This document shows positions 12,426-22,156 of a stretch of DNA of 64,000 nucleotides, one piece after another. Origin of the DNA: Candidatus Omnitrophota bacterium (GTDB lineage Bacteria > Omnitrophota > Gorgyraeia > Gygaellales > Profunditerraquicolaceae); contig DAONDX010000004.1 in the NCBI GenBank assembly GCA_035402765.1, positions 43,317 to 107,316 on the forward strand. The letters run 5' to 3'. How positions within the stretch are numbered: position 1 is the first letter of the stretch; the number at the start of each line of letters is the position of its first letter. The position numbers were made by a program, and so were the translations under genes. Under the pieces are notes generated by a model. It had not been told where the DNA came from. It was given only the letters and a program-made list of their open reading frames with translations, and made no database searches.

Positions 12426-12677
12426 ATGGAAAAACGTTTAGGTTTTGTAGGGATTATTATCCATAACCGGAAAAAAGCCGCTCCGGAAGTTAACCGGGTC
12501 TTAACGGAATTCGGGGATTTGGTAATTGGGCGCATGGGGATTCCGCACGTTAAGAAAGAGCTTAGTGTCATTGTATTGATTGTAAATGCGACTACCGATG
12601 GATTAGGGGCTTTCACCGGGCAGCTGGGTAAAATTTCCGGAGTTTCAGTAAAATCCGGTTTGAGCAAAGCAGAATAA
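12426..12677 (+). CDS. TM1266-like putative iron-only hydrogenase system regulator (small ACT/NikR-C-like protein)
   Basis: MEKRLGFVGIIIHNRKKAAPEVNRVLTEFGDLVIGRMGIP matches the family usually encoded next to hydE/hydG. Perfect RBS AAGGAGG six nt upstream of the ATG at 12426, so the start was moved from 12399. Confidence 0.6.
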   Translation: MEKRLGFVGIIIHNRKKAAPEVNRVLTEFGDLVIGRMGIPHVKKELSVIVLIVNATTDGLGAFTGQLGKISGVSVKSGLSKAE

Positions 12678-12724
12678 GTCTAATTTTTCTGCAAAAAGTA
12701 CGTTTTAAATTTGAAAGGTAGAAA

Positions 12725-14113
12725 ATGAAATATATCAATGAAGAGAGAATAAATAATTTACTTGCTGACACGGTTAAGTTGGACAGCCTTAAGCTTGACG
12801 CTATATTAAAGAAGTCCAAGTTGCTACAGCGCCTGACTTTAGATGAGTCGGCGGCTTTACTTTCAGTCAGGGATCCGGAGTATATCCAGAAAATATTTTC
12901 CGCGGCCAGTTTTGTTAAGGATACTATTTATGGTAAGAGAGTGGTGCTTTTTGCGCCGCTTTATATCAGTAATTTATGCGTGAATAATTGCTTGTATTGT
13001 GGTTTTAATACGGATAATCGTGCGCTCAAACGTAAAGCCTTAAGTGTTGAGGAAATCTCCCAGCAGATCCAGTGGCTTTTAAAACGCGGGCACAAAAGAA
13101 TTTTAGCGGTTTGCGGAGAAGCTGCTCCCAACGGAATGAAGAATATCGATTATTATGTCCAGGCAGTAAAAGCTATTTATGCGGTGAGCGTGGGGAAGCA
13201 TAGAATAAAAAGGGTTAATGTCAATTGCGCGCCTTTGAACGTTGATGAATTCAAGCGGCTTAAAGATTCCGGGATCGGTACATTTCAAATTTTTCAGGAG
13301 ACCTACCACGATCAGACTTACCGTAAAGTCCATGTGCGCGGACCAAAAAGCGATCCGGATAACCGCATCACTGCTCCTGACCGGGCTTTTGCCGCCGGCA
13401 TTGATGATATCGGTATCGGGCCGCTTTTCGGTTTATACGATTGGCGGTTTGAGACATTAGGGTTGCTGTCGCACATAGAACATATGGAAAAAGAGTTTCA
13501 TGTCGGGCCGCATACGATATCTGTGCCGCGATTGGAGCCGGCAGAAGGCTCGGAATTATCATTCAACTCTCCTTATAAAATTTCCGATGAAGATTTTAAA
13601 AAAGTGGTTGCTGTCTTAAGGTTGTCTGTGCCCTATACCGGTATTATTATGTCTACGCGTGAATCAGCGGTAATGCGGGATGCTTTACTGGACCTGGGTA
13701 TTTCTCAGGTCAGCGCCGAATCTTCTGTTACTCCGGGGGGATACTCTGACCATCGAGAAGATAGAATAAGCGGCCAGTTTTCTCTTGGCGATAACCGCAC
13801 GATCGAAGAAGTGGTTGCTTCTTTGATCGCGCACGGCTATATTCCTTCGTTTTGCGCGGCTTGTTACCGTAAAGAAAGAACCGGTGAAGCGTTTATGAAG
13901 TTAGCTAAGCCCGGGACAATTAAAGGTAAATGCAGTATGAACGCGCTGATTACGCTTAAGGAATATCTTGATGATTTTGCGACTTTGCCGGTTAAAGAAG
14001 CAGGCTATAAAATGATCGCCCATTATTTTAAGCAGTTAGCTTCCCCTGATCAGAAGATGCTGAACTTTTTTTATGAACATGTGGATTCCGGGATAAGAGA
14101 TGAGTATGTCTAA
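12725..14113 (+). CDS. hydG: [FeFe]-hydrogenase maturase HydG (radical SAM, ThiH-like)
   Basis: Radical-SAM motif CVNNCLYCGF. 462 aa with a C-terminal Cys-containing extension. Sits next to hydE and hydF. Confidence 0.88.
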   Translation: MKYINEERINNLLADTVKLDSLKLDAILKKSKLLQRLTLDESAALLSVRDPEYIQKIFSAASFVKDTIYGKRVVLFAPLYISNLCVNNCLYCGFNTDNRALKRKALSVEEISQQIQWLLKRGHKRILAVCGEAAPNGMKNIDYYVQAVKAIYAVSVGKHRIKRVNVNCAPLNVDEFKRLKDSGIGTFQIFQETYHDQTYRKVHVRGPKSDPDNRITAPDRAFAAGIDDIGIGPLFGLYDWRFETLGLLSHIEHMEKEFHVGPHTISVPRLEPAEGSELSFNSPYKISDEDFKKVVAVLRLSVPYTGIIMSTRESAVMRDALLDLGISQVSAESSVTPGGYSDHREDRISGQFSLGDNRTIEEVVASLIAHGYIPSFCAACYRKERTGEAFMKLAKPGTIKGKCSMNALITLKEYLDDFATLPVKEAGYKMIAHYFKQLASPDQKMLNFFYEHVDSGIRDEYV

Positions 14114-15170
14114 GTTCGATGAGATTTTAAACAGGATTTATATTTGTTCCCTGCCGGATTCTGAAGATCTGGAGCGGGTGTTATCTTCGCAGGACGCTGA
14201 GGAGCTTGAAAGTTTATTTAATTTTGCCGACGCCGTAAGGAAAAAATTCTGCGGGGATGGTATTTTTTTGCGCGGGATTATCGAATTTTCTAATTTTTGC
14301 GCTAAAGAATGTTTTTATTGCGGCCTAAATAAAAATAATCATAAACTTGATCGTTACCGGATGACGGATGAAGAATTGCTTAAAAGCGTCGAATATCTGG
14401 TTTACAGCAATATTAAAACGATCGTTTTGCAATCCGGAGAAGAGCCTGCCGGGGATGCTTTATGGTTAGCGGATATCATCCGCCGGATAAAATCAAACTC
14501 AGACTTGGCGGTTACTTTGTGCGTCGGGGAGCGTTCTTTAGATGATTATAAGCTTTGGAGGGAGGCGGGGGCAGACCGGTATTTGCTTAAGATTGAGACT
14601 ACGGATGAGGCCTTATATTCTTCGATGCATCCTAAGATGAAATTAGCTCGGCGCCTGGATTGTCTGGATATTTTGCGCCAGTTAGGTTATCAGGTGGGCT
14701 CAGGCAATATGATCGGACTTCCCGGACAGAGCTTAAAAAGCATTGCCCGGGATATTATTTTTTTTAAGCAGGGTAACTTTGATATGATCGGTATCGGGCC
14801 GTTTATTCCGCATCAAGATACGCCGTTTTCCGGCCAGCCCGGCGGCCAGGCAGCGCTTACGCTTAAGGCTTTAGCTCTAACTAGGATCGTTACCAGAAAT
14901 GCGCATTTGCCGGCGACTACGGCTTTGGGCAGCCTGGGCCAGGATTACCGGCGGCAAGGTTTAAAATGCGGGGCCAATGTTTTAATGCCGAATTTTACGC
15001 CGCAACCTTACCGTAAACTTTATCAAATTTATCCGGGGAAAAAATGTATTGATGAGCCGGTGGGGGTTTGCAATTTCTGTATGGACGGTATGGCCGGCGA
15101 TATCGGCAGGTTTATAGATTATTCTAAAGGCGATTCATTGAAATTTGGAAAGGTAAATTTAAATGTATAA
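14100..15170 (+). CDS. hydE: [FeFe]-hydrogenase maturase HydE (radical SAM, BioB-like)
   Basis: Radical-SAM motif CAKECFYCGL. 356 aa. Overlaps hydG and hydF. Confidence 0.85.
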   Translation: MSMSKFDEILNRIYICSLPDSEDLERVLSSQDAEELESLFNFADAVRKKFCGDGIFLRGIIEFSNFCAKECFYCGLNKNNHKLDRYRMTDEELLKSVEYLVYSNIKTIVLQSGEEPAGDALWLADIIRRIKSNSDLAVTLCVGERSLDDYKLWREAGADRYLLKIETTDEALYSSMHPKMKLARRLDCLDILRQLGYQVGSGNMIGLPGQSLKSIARDIIFFKQGNFDMIGIGPFIPHQDTPFSGQPGGQAALTLKALALTRIVTRNAHLPATTALGSLGQDYRRQGLKCGANVLMPNFTPQPYRKLYQIYPGKKCIDEPVGVCNFCMDGMAGDIGRFIDYSKGDSLKFGKVNLNV

Positions 15171-16383
15171 AACACCGGCCAGTAATAGGCTGCATATCGG
15201 GATATTCGGTAAAAGAAATACCGGTAAATCCAGTTTAATTAATGCGATTACCGGCCAGGATACGGCCATTGTTTCGGAGGTGGCCGGGACTACTACCGAC
15301 CCGGTATACAAAGCTATGGAAATCCTGCCGATTGGCCCCTGCATGTTGATCGATACGGCGGGCATTGATGACGCGGGGCTTTTGGGAGAAGAAAGGGTTA
15401 AGCGCACATTGGCGGTATTAAGAAAAACTGATCTTGGTTTGATTGTGGTTGAGCCGAATACCGTGCTGGATAAGTTTGAAGAAGATTTGGTTGAGCTTTT
15501 CCGGAATAAAAAACTGCCGTTTTTATTTATTATCAATAAAAGTGAATTACCGCAAAATTCGGCGCAGGATTATTTGGAAAAGCATAAACTTGCCTTTATC
15601 AAGGTAAGTTCTAAAACCGGCCAGGGGATCCAGGAACTGAAGGCCAAACTTGTGGCGCTGGCCCCCGGACATTGGTCACCGATCCCTTTAATCGGGGATA
15701 TAATTAAACCTAAAGATGTGGTGATTCTGGTTTGCCCCATTGACGGGGCTATGCCTCAAGGCCGCCTGATCCTGCCGCAAGTGCAGGTGATGCGTGATTG
15801 TTTAGACAGCAATGCTACGGCTTTGGTTACCAAAGAAACAGAGCTATTGGATTGTCTTAAAGCTTTAAAAGTCAAACCCCGGTTAGTAATTACTGATTCC
15901 CAGGTGTTTGAGGATGTAGCCGGTATGCTGCCGGCAGAGATGCCGTTAACCTCGTTTTCTATTTTATTTGCCAGGCACAAGGGTGATCTGAATGCTTATA
16001 TCCAGGGTGTATATGTTTTGGATAAATTGAAAGACGGCGATGAGATTTTAATCGCCGAAGCTTGTACGCACCATGTCCAGCCGGAGGATATCGGCCGCAC
16101 CAAAATACCTACCTGGCTGGCTAATTATACTAAGAAAGACCTGCATTATGAAGTTACTGCCGGAGGTGATTTCCCGGAGGATTTAACCCGCTATAAGCTG
16201 GTTATCTCCTGCGGAGGCTGTATGGTTAACCGGAGGGAGATTTTACAGCGTATCGAAAAGGCCAAGACTGCCGGGGTGGCAATCACTAACTATGGCCTGC
16301 TGATTGCCTATATTTCAGGTGTTCTTGGAAGGGTAATTGCTCCGCTTAAAGGCGGTTTGGTTAAATTGAATGAAAGGGTTTGA
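15163..16383 (+). CDS. hydF: [FeFe]-hydrogenase maturation GTPase HydF
   Basis: N-terminal GTPase motifs GKRNTGKSSLINAITGQ and DTAG, with a C-terminal Cys-containing cluster-binding domain. 406 aa. Confidence 0.9.
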   Translation: MYKTPASNRLHIGIFGKRNTGKSSLINAITGQDTAIVSEVAGTTTDPVYKAMEILPIGPCMLIDTAGIDDAGLLGEERVKRTLAVLRKTDLGLIVVEPNTVLDKFEEDLVELFRNKKLPFLFIINKSELPQNSAQDYLEKHKLAFIKVSSKTGQGIQELKAKLVALAPGHWSPIPLIGDIIKPKDVVILVCPIDGAMPQGRLILPQVQVMRDCLDSNATALVTKETELLDCLKALKVKPRLVITDSQVFEDVAGMLPAEMPLTSFSILFARHKGDLNAYIQGVYVLDKLKDGDEILIAEACTHHVQPEDIGRTKIPTWLANYTKKDLHYEVTAGGDFPEDLTRYKLVISCGGCMVNRREILQRIEKAKTAGVAITNYGLLIAYISGVLGRVIAPLKGGLVKLNERV

Positions 16384-16398
16384 GAGGTTAATAAAAAC

Positions 16399-16427
16399 TT
16401 GACAAATATGTTAATTGGTAATAATAT
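16399..16427 (+). promoter_or_regulatory. sigma70-like promoter (TTGACA-N17-TAATAT) upstream of nfnA
   Basis: Consensus -35 at 16399-16404 and a near-consensus -10 at 16422-16427. Confidence 0.3.
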
Positions 16428-16455
16428 AACCGAGATTTGGTTCAACCGGGGACAG

Positions 16456-16490
16456 AGACGTCCGAAAAGTTGTTCGGCCGTCTTTTTTTG
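16456..16490 (+). terminator. Intrinsic terminator hairpin lying between the candidate promoter and nfnA
   Basis: agacgtccgaa / ttcggccgtct stem (10 of 11 bp) with a 6-nt loop, followed by TTTTTTT. Confidence 0.55.
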
Positions 16491-16524
16491 TTTCTTTTTG
16501 CATAAAAATTAGGCAAAATCAGAT

Positions 16525-17355
16525 ATGAAAATAATCAATAAGAAGATAATTAATGATGTGGGCGGGGTAAAAATCACGCAATTGGATATTTTAGCTCCGG
16601 ATATCGCTGCCAAGGCTAAACCTGGCCAGTTTATAATGTTAATGGTCAGCGAAAAAGGGGAAAGGATCCCGCTGACCTTGGTAAGTACGGATAAAATTAA
16701 AGGCCTGATCAGCTTAATGTTTCAGGAGGCAGGTTTTACTACCAAGAGCTTAGGCAAATTAAACTCCGGGGATGCGCTTTTTTCTTTAGTCGGCCCGTTG
16801 GGGCATCCTACCGAAATCAAGAAATTCGGAAAAGTTATTCTGGTCGGCGGGGGAGTGGGGATCGCCGAAATTCTGCCGGTTGCCCGGGCATTCAAAGAAG
16901 CTGGCAACCATATCACTACGGTTTTGGGTTCCCGGAATAAAGATCTGCTTATTCTGGAAGCTGAACTTAAAGAGTCATCGGATGAGTTTTATGTTATGAC
17001 TGATGACGGCTCATACGGTAGAAAAGGTTTTACTACCGATATGCTGGGGGAGCTTCTGAGCAAAGATAAATTCGATTTGATTTATTCTGTGGGGCCGATT
17101 CCGATGATGAAGAGAGTAGCCATGGTAAGTAAGGAATATGCCGTTAAAACTTTAGTTTCACTTAATGCGTTAATGGTCGATGCTACCGGGATGTGCGGTT
17201 GTTGCCGGGTAAGCGTTGGCGGTCAAGTAAAATTCAGCTGTGTCGATGGCCCGGATTTTGATGGACACAGAGTCGATTGGGAAGAACTTGAAAAGAGAAA
17301 TAAGGTTTATATCAACCAAGAGAAGCATATTTGTAACCTTTTTCCGTCAGCTTAA
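16525..17355 (+). CDS. nfnA: NfnA/SudB-like FAD/[2Fe-2S] ferredoxin-NADP reductase small subunit (PyrK family)
   Basis: 276 aa PyrK-like protein with the C-terminal Cys cluster CGCCRVSVGG...FSCVDGPDF. Immediately precedes the GltD-like subunit. Confidence 0.75.
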   Translation: MKIINKKIINDVGGVKITQLDILAPDIAAKAKPGQFIMLMVSEKGERIPLTLVSTDKIKGLISLMFQEAGFTTKSLGKLNSGDALFSLVGPLGHPTEIKKFGKVILVGGGVGIAEILPVARAFKEAGNHITTVLGSRNKDLLILEAELKESSDEFYVMTDDGSYGRKGFTTDMLGELLSKDKFDLIYSVGPIPMMKRVAMVSKEYAVKTLVSLNALMVDATGMCGCCRVSVGGQVKFSCVDGPDFDGHRVDWEELEKRNKVYINQEKHICNLFPSA

Positions 17356-17358
17356 ACA

Positions 17359-18789
17359 ATGAAGAAAGAACCAGTAAAAGTCAGAGAAGCCAGCGCGCAG
17401 AGCCGGGTGGGTAATTTTGGCGAGGTAGTGCAGGGTTACTGTGAAGAAGAGGCTTTATTAGAAGCTTCCCGTTGCCTGCAGTGCAAGAATCCCCTTTGCA
17501 TCAGCGGCTGCCCGGTAGGTATCGATATTAAAAAATTTATTTACCATCTTACGCAAAAAGATTATAAGTCGGCGTATTTTACAATCAGAGAAAAAAGTAA
17601 TTTTCCTTCTATCTGCGGAAGAGTTTGCCCGGCTGAATATCAGTGCCGCAAGGCCTGTGTACTTACCAAAAAAGGCTCTTCTTTTGCTTCGGACCAGGCG
17701 ATCAACATTCATTTCTTAGAGCGTTTTGCCGGAGATTACGGCAAGAATAATAGCCTGGATGTGCCGGTAGAAAATGATAAAAAACTTTCTAAATTTAAAG
17801 TAGCGGTAGTGGGCAGCGGCCCGGCAGGTTTATGTTGTGCCGGAGAGTTAGCCCGCAAGGGGGTCAAAGTTGATATTTTTGAAAGTTTGCATAAAACCGG
17901 AGGGGTTTTAAGGTACGGTATTCCGCCTTTCAGGCTGCCCGGGGATGTTTTGGATTTTGAAATAAATTACCTTAAAAAACTGGGAGTTAATTTTATCACT
18001 AATTTTCTTGTCGGGCGCGCCAGAACCATTCAGGAGCTATTTGATCAAGGGTATGCCAGCGTATTTCTAGGATTAGGCGCGGGCGTGCCGTCTTTTTTGG
18101 GGATTAAGGGTGAGAACTTCTGTAATATCTACTCAGTAAATGAATTCTTAACCCGGGTCAATTTAATGTCAGCTTATAAATTTCCTGAATTCCATACTCC
18201 GGTTAATATCGGTAAGCATGTTTTGATCGTCGGCGGAGGGAATACGGCCATGGATGCTGCCCGGGTAGCTTTAAGGCTGCAGAAGATGAGCGGCTTGCCG
18301 CTTAATACTACGGTTGTCTACCGGCGCACTGAGATTGAGATGCCTGCCCGCCGCCTGGAAATTGAACATGCCAGGGAAGAAGGGATAAAATTTGAATTTT
18401 TAGTTCAACCCAAAGAATTCATCGGGGATGAGAGGGGTTTAGTTAAGAAAATGGTTTGTCTAAGATCTAAATTAGGAGAGCCGGATAGTTCAGGCAGGAG
18501 AAGGCCGGTAATTATAGAGGGAAGCGATTTTGAACTGGATTGTGACTTATGCGTAATTGCTGTCGGGTTAAAAGCTAACCAGATTTTAATTAATGCCACG
18601 CCGGAATTAAAAACTGATAAATATTCAGATGTCATCGTGGACTCTGAAAGCATGGAAAGTTCCATTAAAGGGGTTTTTGCCGGTGGAGATATTGTTGGAG
18701 GAGAAGGTACGGTAATCGAGGCGATGGGTATGGCCAAACAAGCCGCTCGGTCGATAATTAACAGGCTTTCTAAAAAAGGAGAAGAATAA
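17359..18789 (+). CDS. nfnB: NfnB/SudA-like glutamate-synthase-small-chain family NAD(P)H oxidoreductase
   Basis: N-terminal 2x[4Fe-4S] region (CLQCKNPLCISGCP), a GSGPAG FAD-binding motif, and a second NAD(P) Rossmann motif GGGNTAMD. Confidence 0.8.
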   Translation: MKKEPVKVREASAQSRVGNFGEVVQGYCEEEALLEASRCLQCKNPLCISGCPVGIDIKKFIYHLTQKDYKSAYFTIREKSNFPSICGRVCPAEYQCRKACVLTKKGSSFASDQAINIHFLERFAGDYGKNNSLDVPVENDKKLSKFKVAVVGSGPAGLCCAGELARKGVKVDIFESLHKTGGVLRYGIPPFRLPGDVLDFEINYLKKLGVNFITNFLVGRARTIQELFDQGYASVFLGLGAGVPSFLGIKGENFCNIYSVNEFLTRVNLMSAYKFPEFHTPVNIGKHVLIVGGGNTAMDAARVALRLQKMSGLPLNTTVVYRRTEIEMPARRLEIEHAREEGIKFEFLVQPKEFIGDERGLVKKMVCLRSKLGEPDSSGRRRPVIIEGSDFELDCDLCVIAVGLKANQILINATPELKTDKYSDVIVDSESMESSIKGVFAGGDIVGGEGTVIEAMGMAKQAARSIINRLSKKGEE

Positions 18790-20126
18790 TGTCAAAGAAA
18801 ATTGCAGAGTTTATGGAGATGGTCGCTAGAAAGAATCCGGGTGAAAAAGAATTCCACCAGGCAGTAAAAGAGGTTGTGGAATCAGTAATGCCTTATGTTG
18901 AGAAAAATCCTAAATACCAGAAAGCTAAAATATTGGAAAAGATGATCGAACCGGAAAGAACAATTATCTTCCGCGTCCCCTGGCTTGATGATCAGGGAGA
19001 GGTTCAGATCAACCGCGGTTATCGGATCCAGATGAGCAGCGCCATCGGTCCGTATAAAGGCGGAATACGCCTGCATCCCAGCGTGAATTTAGGGATATTG
19101 AAATTTTTAGCTTTCGAGCAGGTTTTTAAGAACGCGCTTACTACTCTGCCGATGGGCGGAGCAAAAGGCGGTTCTGATTTTGATCCTAAAGGGAAATCGG
19201 ATAATGAAGTAATGAAATTTTGCCAGAGTTTTATGACTGAGCTTTTCCGGCATATTGGTCCTAATACTGATGTGCCTGCCGGAGATATCGGTACCGGCGG
19301 CCGCGAGATCGGTTATTTATTCGGACAATATAAAAGATTACGCAATGAATTCTCAGGCGTACTTACGGGAAAAGGTCTTAATTGGGGCGGTAGCCTTATT
19401 CGTCCGGAAGCTACAGGGTATGGCTGCGTATATTTCGCCGAGGAGATGCTTAAGACCAAAGGCGATTCTTTAAAAGGAAAAACCTGCGCGGTATCTGGTT
19501 CAGGCAATGTTGCTCAATATACGGTAGAAAAACTTATCCAGCTGGGGGCTAAGGTAGTTACTTTGTCTGATTCTGACGGTTATATTTATGATAAGGATGG
19601 TATTGATCAAAAAGAGTTAAGCTGTGTTTTGAATTTAAAGAATGTTAAGCGCGGCAGGATTAAAGAATGCGCCAAAGAGTTTAATTGTAAATATTTTGAG
19701 AAACAGAGGCCCTGGAGCGTTAAGTGCGATGTTGCTTTTCCTTCTGCTACTCAGAATGAAATAGATGAAAATGATGCTAAAACTCTGGTAAAAAATGGCT
19801 GTATGGCGGTTGCCGAGGGGGCGAATATGCCCACAACTCCAGAAGGGGTTGAAGTATTTCAGAAAGCCAAGATTCTTTATGCTCCCGGTAAGGCTTCCAA
19901 TGCCGGCGGCGTAGCTACTTCCGGCTTGGAAATGAGCCAGAATAGCCTCAGGTTATCCTGGACCCGTGAAGAGGTGGACCAGAGATTGCATAATATAATG
20001 ATCGCTATCCATGAACAATGCGTCAGGTATGGTAAAGAATCCGGGCATGTTAATTATGTTAACGGAGCAAATATTGCCGGGTTTGTTAAAGTCGCTGATG
20101 CCATGCTGGATCAAGGATTGGTATAA
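18789..20126 (+). CDS. gdhA: NADP-specific glutamate dehydrogenase
   Basis: GGAKGGSDFDPKGKS catalytic Lys motif. 445 aa. Confidence 0.9.
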   Translation: MSKKIAEFMEMVARKNPGEKEFHQAVKEVVESVMPYVEKNPKYQKAKILEKMIEPERTIIFRVPWLDDQGEVQINRGYRIQMSSAIGPYKGGIRLHPSVNLGILKFLAFEQVFKNALTTLPMGGAKGGSDFDPKGKSDNEVMKFCQSFMTELFRHIGPNTDVPAGDIGTGGREIGYLFGQYKRLRNEFSGVLTGKGLNWGGSLIRPEATGYGCVYFAEEMLKTKGDSLKGKTCAVSGSGNVAQYTVEKLIQLGAKVVTLSDSDGYIYDKDGIDQKELSCVLNLKNVKRGRIKECAKEFNCKYFEKQRPWSVKCDVAFPSATQNEIDENDAKTLVKNGCMAVAEGANMPTTPEGVEVFQKAKILYAPGKASNAGGVATSGLEMSQNSLRLSWTREEVDQRLHNIMIAIHEQCVRYGKESGHVNYVNGANIAGFVKVADAMLDQGLV

Positions 20127-20157
20127 GCTGATCATAAGATAAGTTAACCGCTGTTTT

Positions 20158-20198
20158 ACAGGTGCCCCGGTAAACTTCCGGGGCACCTGTTATTTTCT
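20158..20198 (+). terminator. Rho-independent terminator after gdhA
   Basis: Perfect 13-bp stem acaggtgccccgg / ccggggcacctgt with loop taaactt, followed by a T-rich tail. Confidence 0.8.
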
Positions 20199-20200
20199 AG

Positions 20201-22156
20201 TTGCAAGCTTTAGTGTTAAGTTGTAAAATAACTCTCGTGAACAAAGAAGAAGTTATTGAAGAATTTTTCCGCAGTTTAAGAGTTACTTTAACTACTGCTT
20301 TTTCTTACCCCAAAGATCATCCGTATTTCATTAAATCTGTTGAAAATTTTAAACTTAAACTTCAAGAAATCCAGGCTTTGATCGATCCGTTCAAAATCGG
20401 GGTAACCGATTTAGGGCTAGTGGTTGAGGAAAAGAATTTGAACCGGGCCGGTTTCTACGATGAGTTAGCCCGCCTATTACACCAGCGTAAAATCAAAAGT
20501 TTAGAGATCCAGAAGGGCGCTTCCTTCGCAGAGATGGTGGGGTTTTTTTCCGCAATTTCCCAGGCGCCTAAAGATATTGCCAAGAGCGGAGGAATTAAGG
20601 GGCTTTTGGATAAGTACCAGGTGCCCAGCTTTATTATTGAAGAATTGGATTATTCCGCTTTCCTGCAAAAAAATGGCCAGGAGTGTGTTGATGTCTGGGG
20701 CTATATGCTTAAAAATGCGGTGCAAAGTAATGACCAGGAAAAATTAAGTAACCTGGCGGAAAATTTCGGCTCTTTGATCAAACGGACGGACCAGAATGAT
20801 ATCTTTGAAACCGAAGAAATTCCTTCCAATATTAAGGAATTTTTGGCTTCTTTAAAGATAAAGAACAAAGAACAATTCGCTAAATGCTCCAAGGAACTTT
20901 TTTTATGGATTTTAAGGAATAAAAAATCACTCGATGAAGAAAAATTAGCTAAACTCAAGCTGATTTTTGAAGGGTTAAATCAGGATGACTTGAGTAATCT
21001 TTTCTGGGAAGGACTTAACCAGGAAGAAAATTTCGATTCTTTGAGCCTGGAGCTTTTTTCAAAAATGGCCGAGCAAAAAAACCCTTCGGAGATCGCCCAA
21101 AATATTTTAAATAAGGCCAGCGCCAGCCAGCAGTTAAATAACAACCCTAAAATAGTCAGGCGGGTCAGAAATTTATTGAGCACTACTCAGGATAACCGGT
21201 TATCCGCGGTATATCGCAATACGCTGGAATCTTTAATTAAAGAAATTGCTTCTTCCGGGGAATTAATTTTTGATCAAAAAACACTCAAGGAAAATTACCG
21301 CTATATAATCCTGGATATACTTTCTCTGGATGAAGACAGGGATAATCTGGTTTTGGCTGCGGAAGTTTTAGAAAAAGAATTGCCCGGTATATTTGAAGAT
21401 AATGACCCGGTTTTTATAAAAGATCTTTGGGGGGTGTTAAACAAAAGAAAAAAGGCAGGCAACAGTGTTTTGGTTGAGCTTGAAAAAAAGTTCTCGGCTT
21501 TTGTTGAAAACACCGTGCTAAATCAACCCCTGCTTGCTGAAAGAGAGTTTTTGCTGGAGATGATTTCTTTTGCTTCATTAGAGGTGAGTTTTTACCTGGA
21601 TAAAATATTCTTGTCCGAGAAAGCCAATAAAAATATTTTAAATTTATATTTTAAATTTTTCCCGGGGAATTTAGATGTTTTCTATGACCGGGTCCAACAG
21701 AGGCTGCAGGATATCGAGTTTATTTCCAGCCTAATTGATGCTTTAGCCCAACTGGCTCTGCCGGTTACCCTGGGAATATTAGATCATATTTATTCTTCTG
21801 CCAATGAGCTGATCAAAATCGAGATTTTAAATAATATGCGAAAATTAAAAAAGGTGGATGCGCAGTTCTTGCTGCGGCAATTGGCTACGGATTCCCCCTC
21901 GCTTAGGAAAAACTTACTTTCGGTTTTGATCCTGGATCCGCAGGCCGGCAGCGGCGCTCTGGAGTTTCTGTTTAAAACGCCTTCTTTTTGCGGAAGCAAG
22001 AACCAATTGCTTATTGAAAACATGCAATTGGTTTTTGAATTAGGATTGATTGAGGCCGCCGGGTATATCCGTGATTTGAGCTGCCGAAAATTCTTCTGGA
22101 ACCGGAAATTGCGCGCTAAAGCTAACCAGATCTTAAAGGAGTGGAATGCATTCTGA
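20201..22156 (+). CDS. Hypothetical large alpha-helical protein. Its N-terminal about 130 aa resemble the N-terminus of the downstream HD-GYP protein.
   Basis: 651 aa, Leu/Lys-rich helical repeats with an internal repeat (F/W)EGLNQ. The tool ORF begins at TTG; the true start is uncertain, and a GTG at about 20237 is an alternative. Overlaps the next gene by 11 nt. Confidence 0.5.
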   Translation: MQALVLSCKITLVNKEEVIEEFFRSLRVTLTTAFSYPKDHPYFIKSVENFKLKLQEIQALIDPFKIGVTDLGLVVEEKNLNRAGFYDELARLLHQRKIKSLEIQKGASFAEMVGFFSAISQAPKDIAKSGGIKGLLDKYQVPSFIIEELDYSAFLQKNGQECVDVWGYMLKNAVQSNDQEKLSNLAENFGSLIKRTDQNDIFETEEIPSNIKEFLASLKIKNKEQFAKCSKELFLWILRNKKSLDEEKLAKLKLIFEGLNQDDLSNLFWEGLNQEENFDSLSLELFSKMAEQKNPSEIAQNILNKASASQQLNNNPKIVRRVRNLLSTTQDNRLSAVYRNTLESLIKEIASSGELIFDQKTLKENYRYIILDILSLDEDRDNLVLAAEVLEKELPGIFEDNDPVFIKDLWGVLNKRKKAGNSVLVELEKKFSAFVENTVLNQPLLAEREFLLEMISFASLEVSFYLDKIFLSEKANKNILNLYFKFFPGNLDVFYDRVQQRLQDIEFISSLIDALAQLALPVTLGILDHIYSSANELIKIEILNNMRKLKKVDAQFLLRQLATDSPSLRKNLLSVLILDPQAGSGALEFLFKTPSFCGSKNQLLIENMQLVFELGLIEAAGYIRDLSCRKFFWNRKLRAKANQILKEWNAF

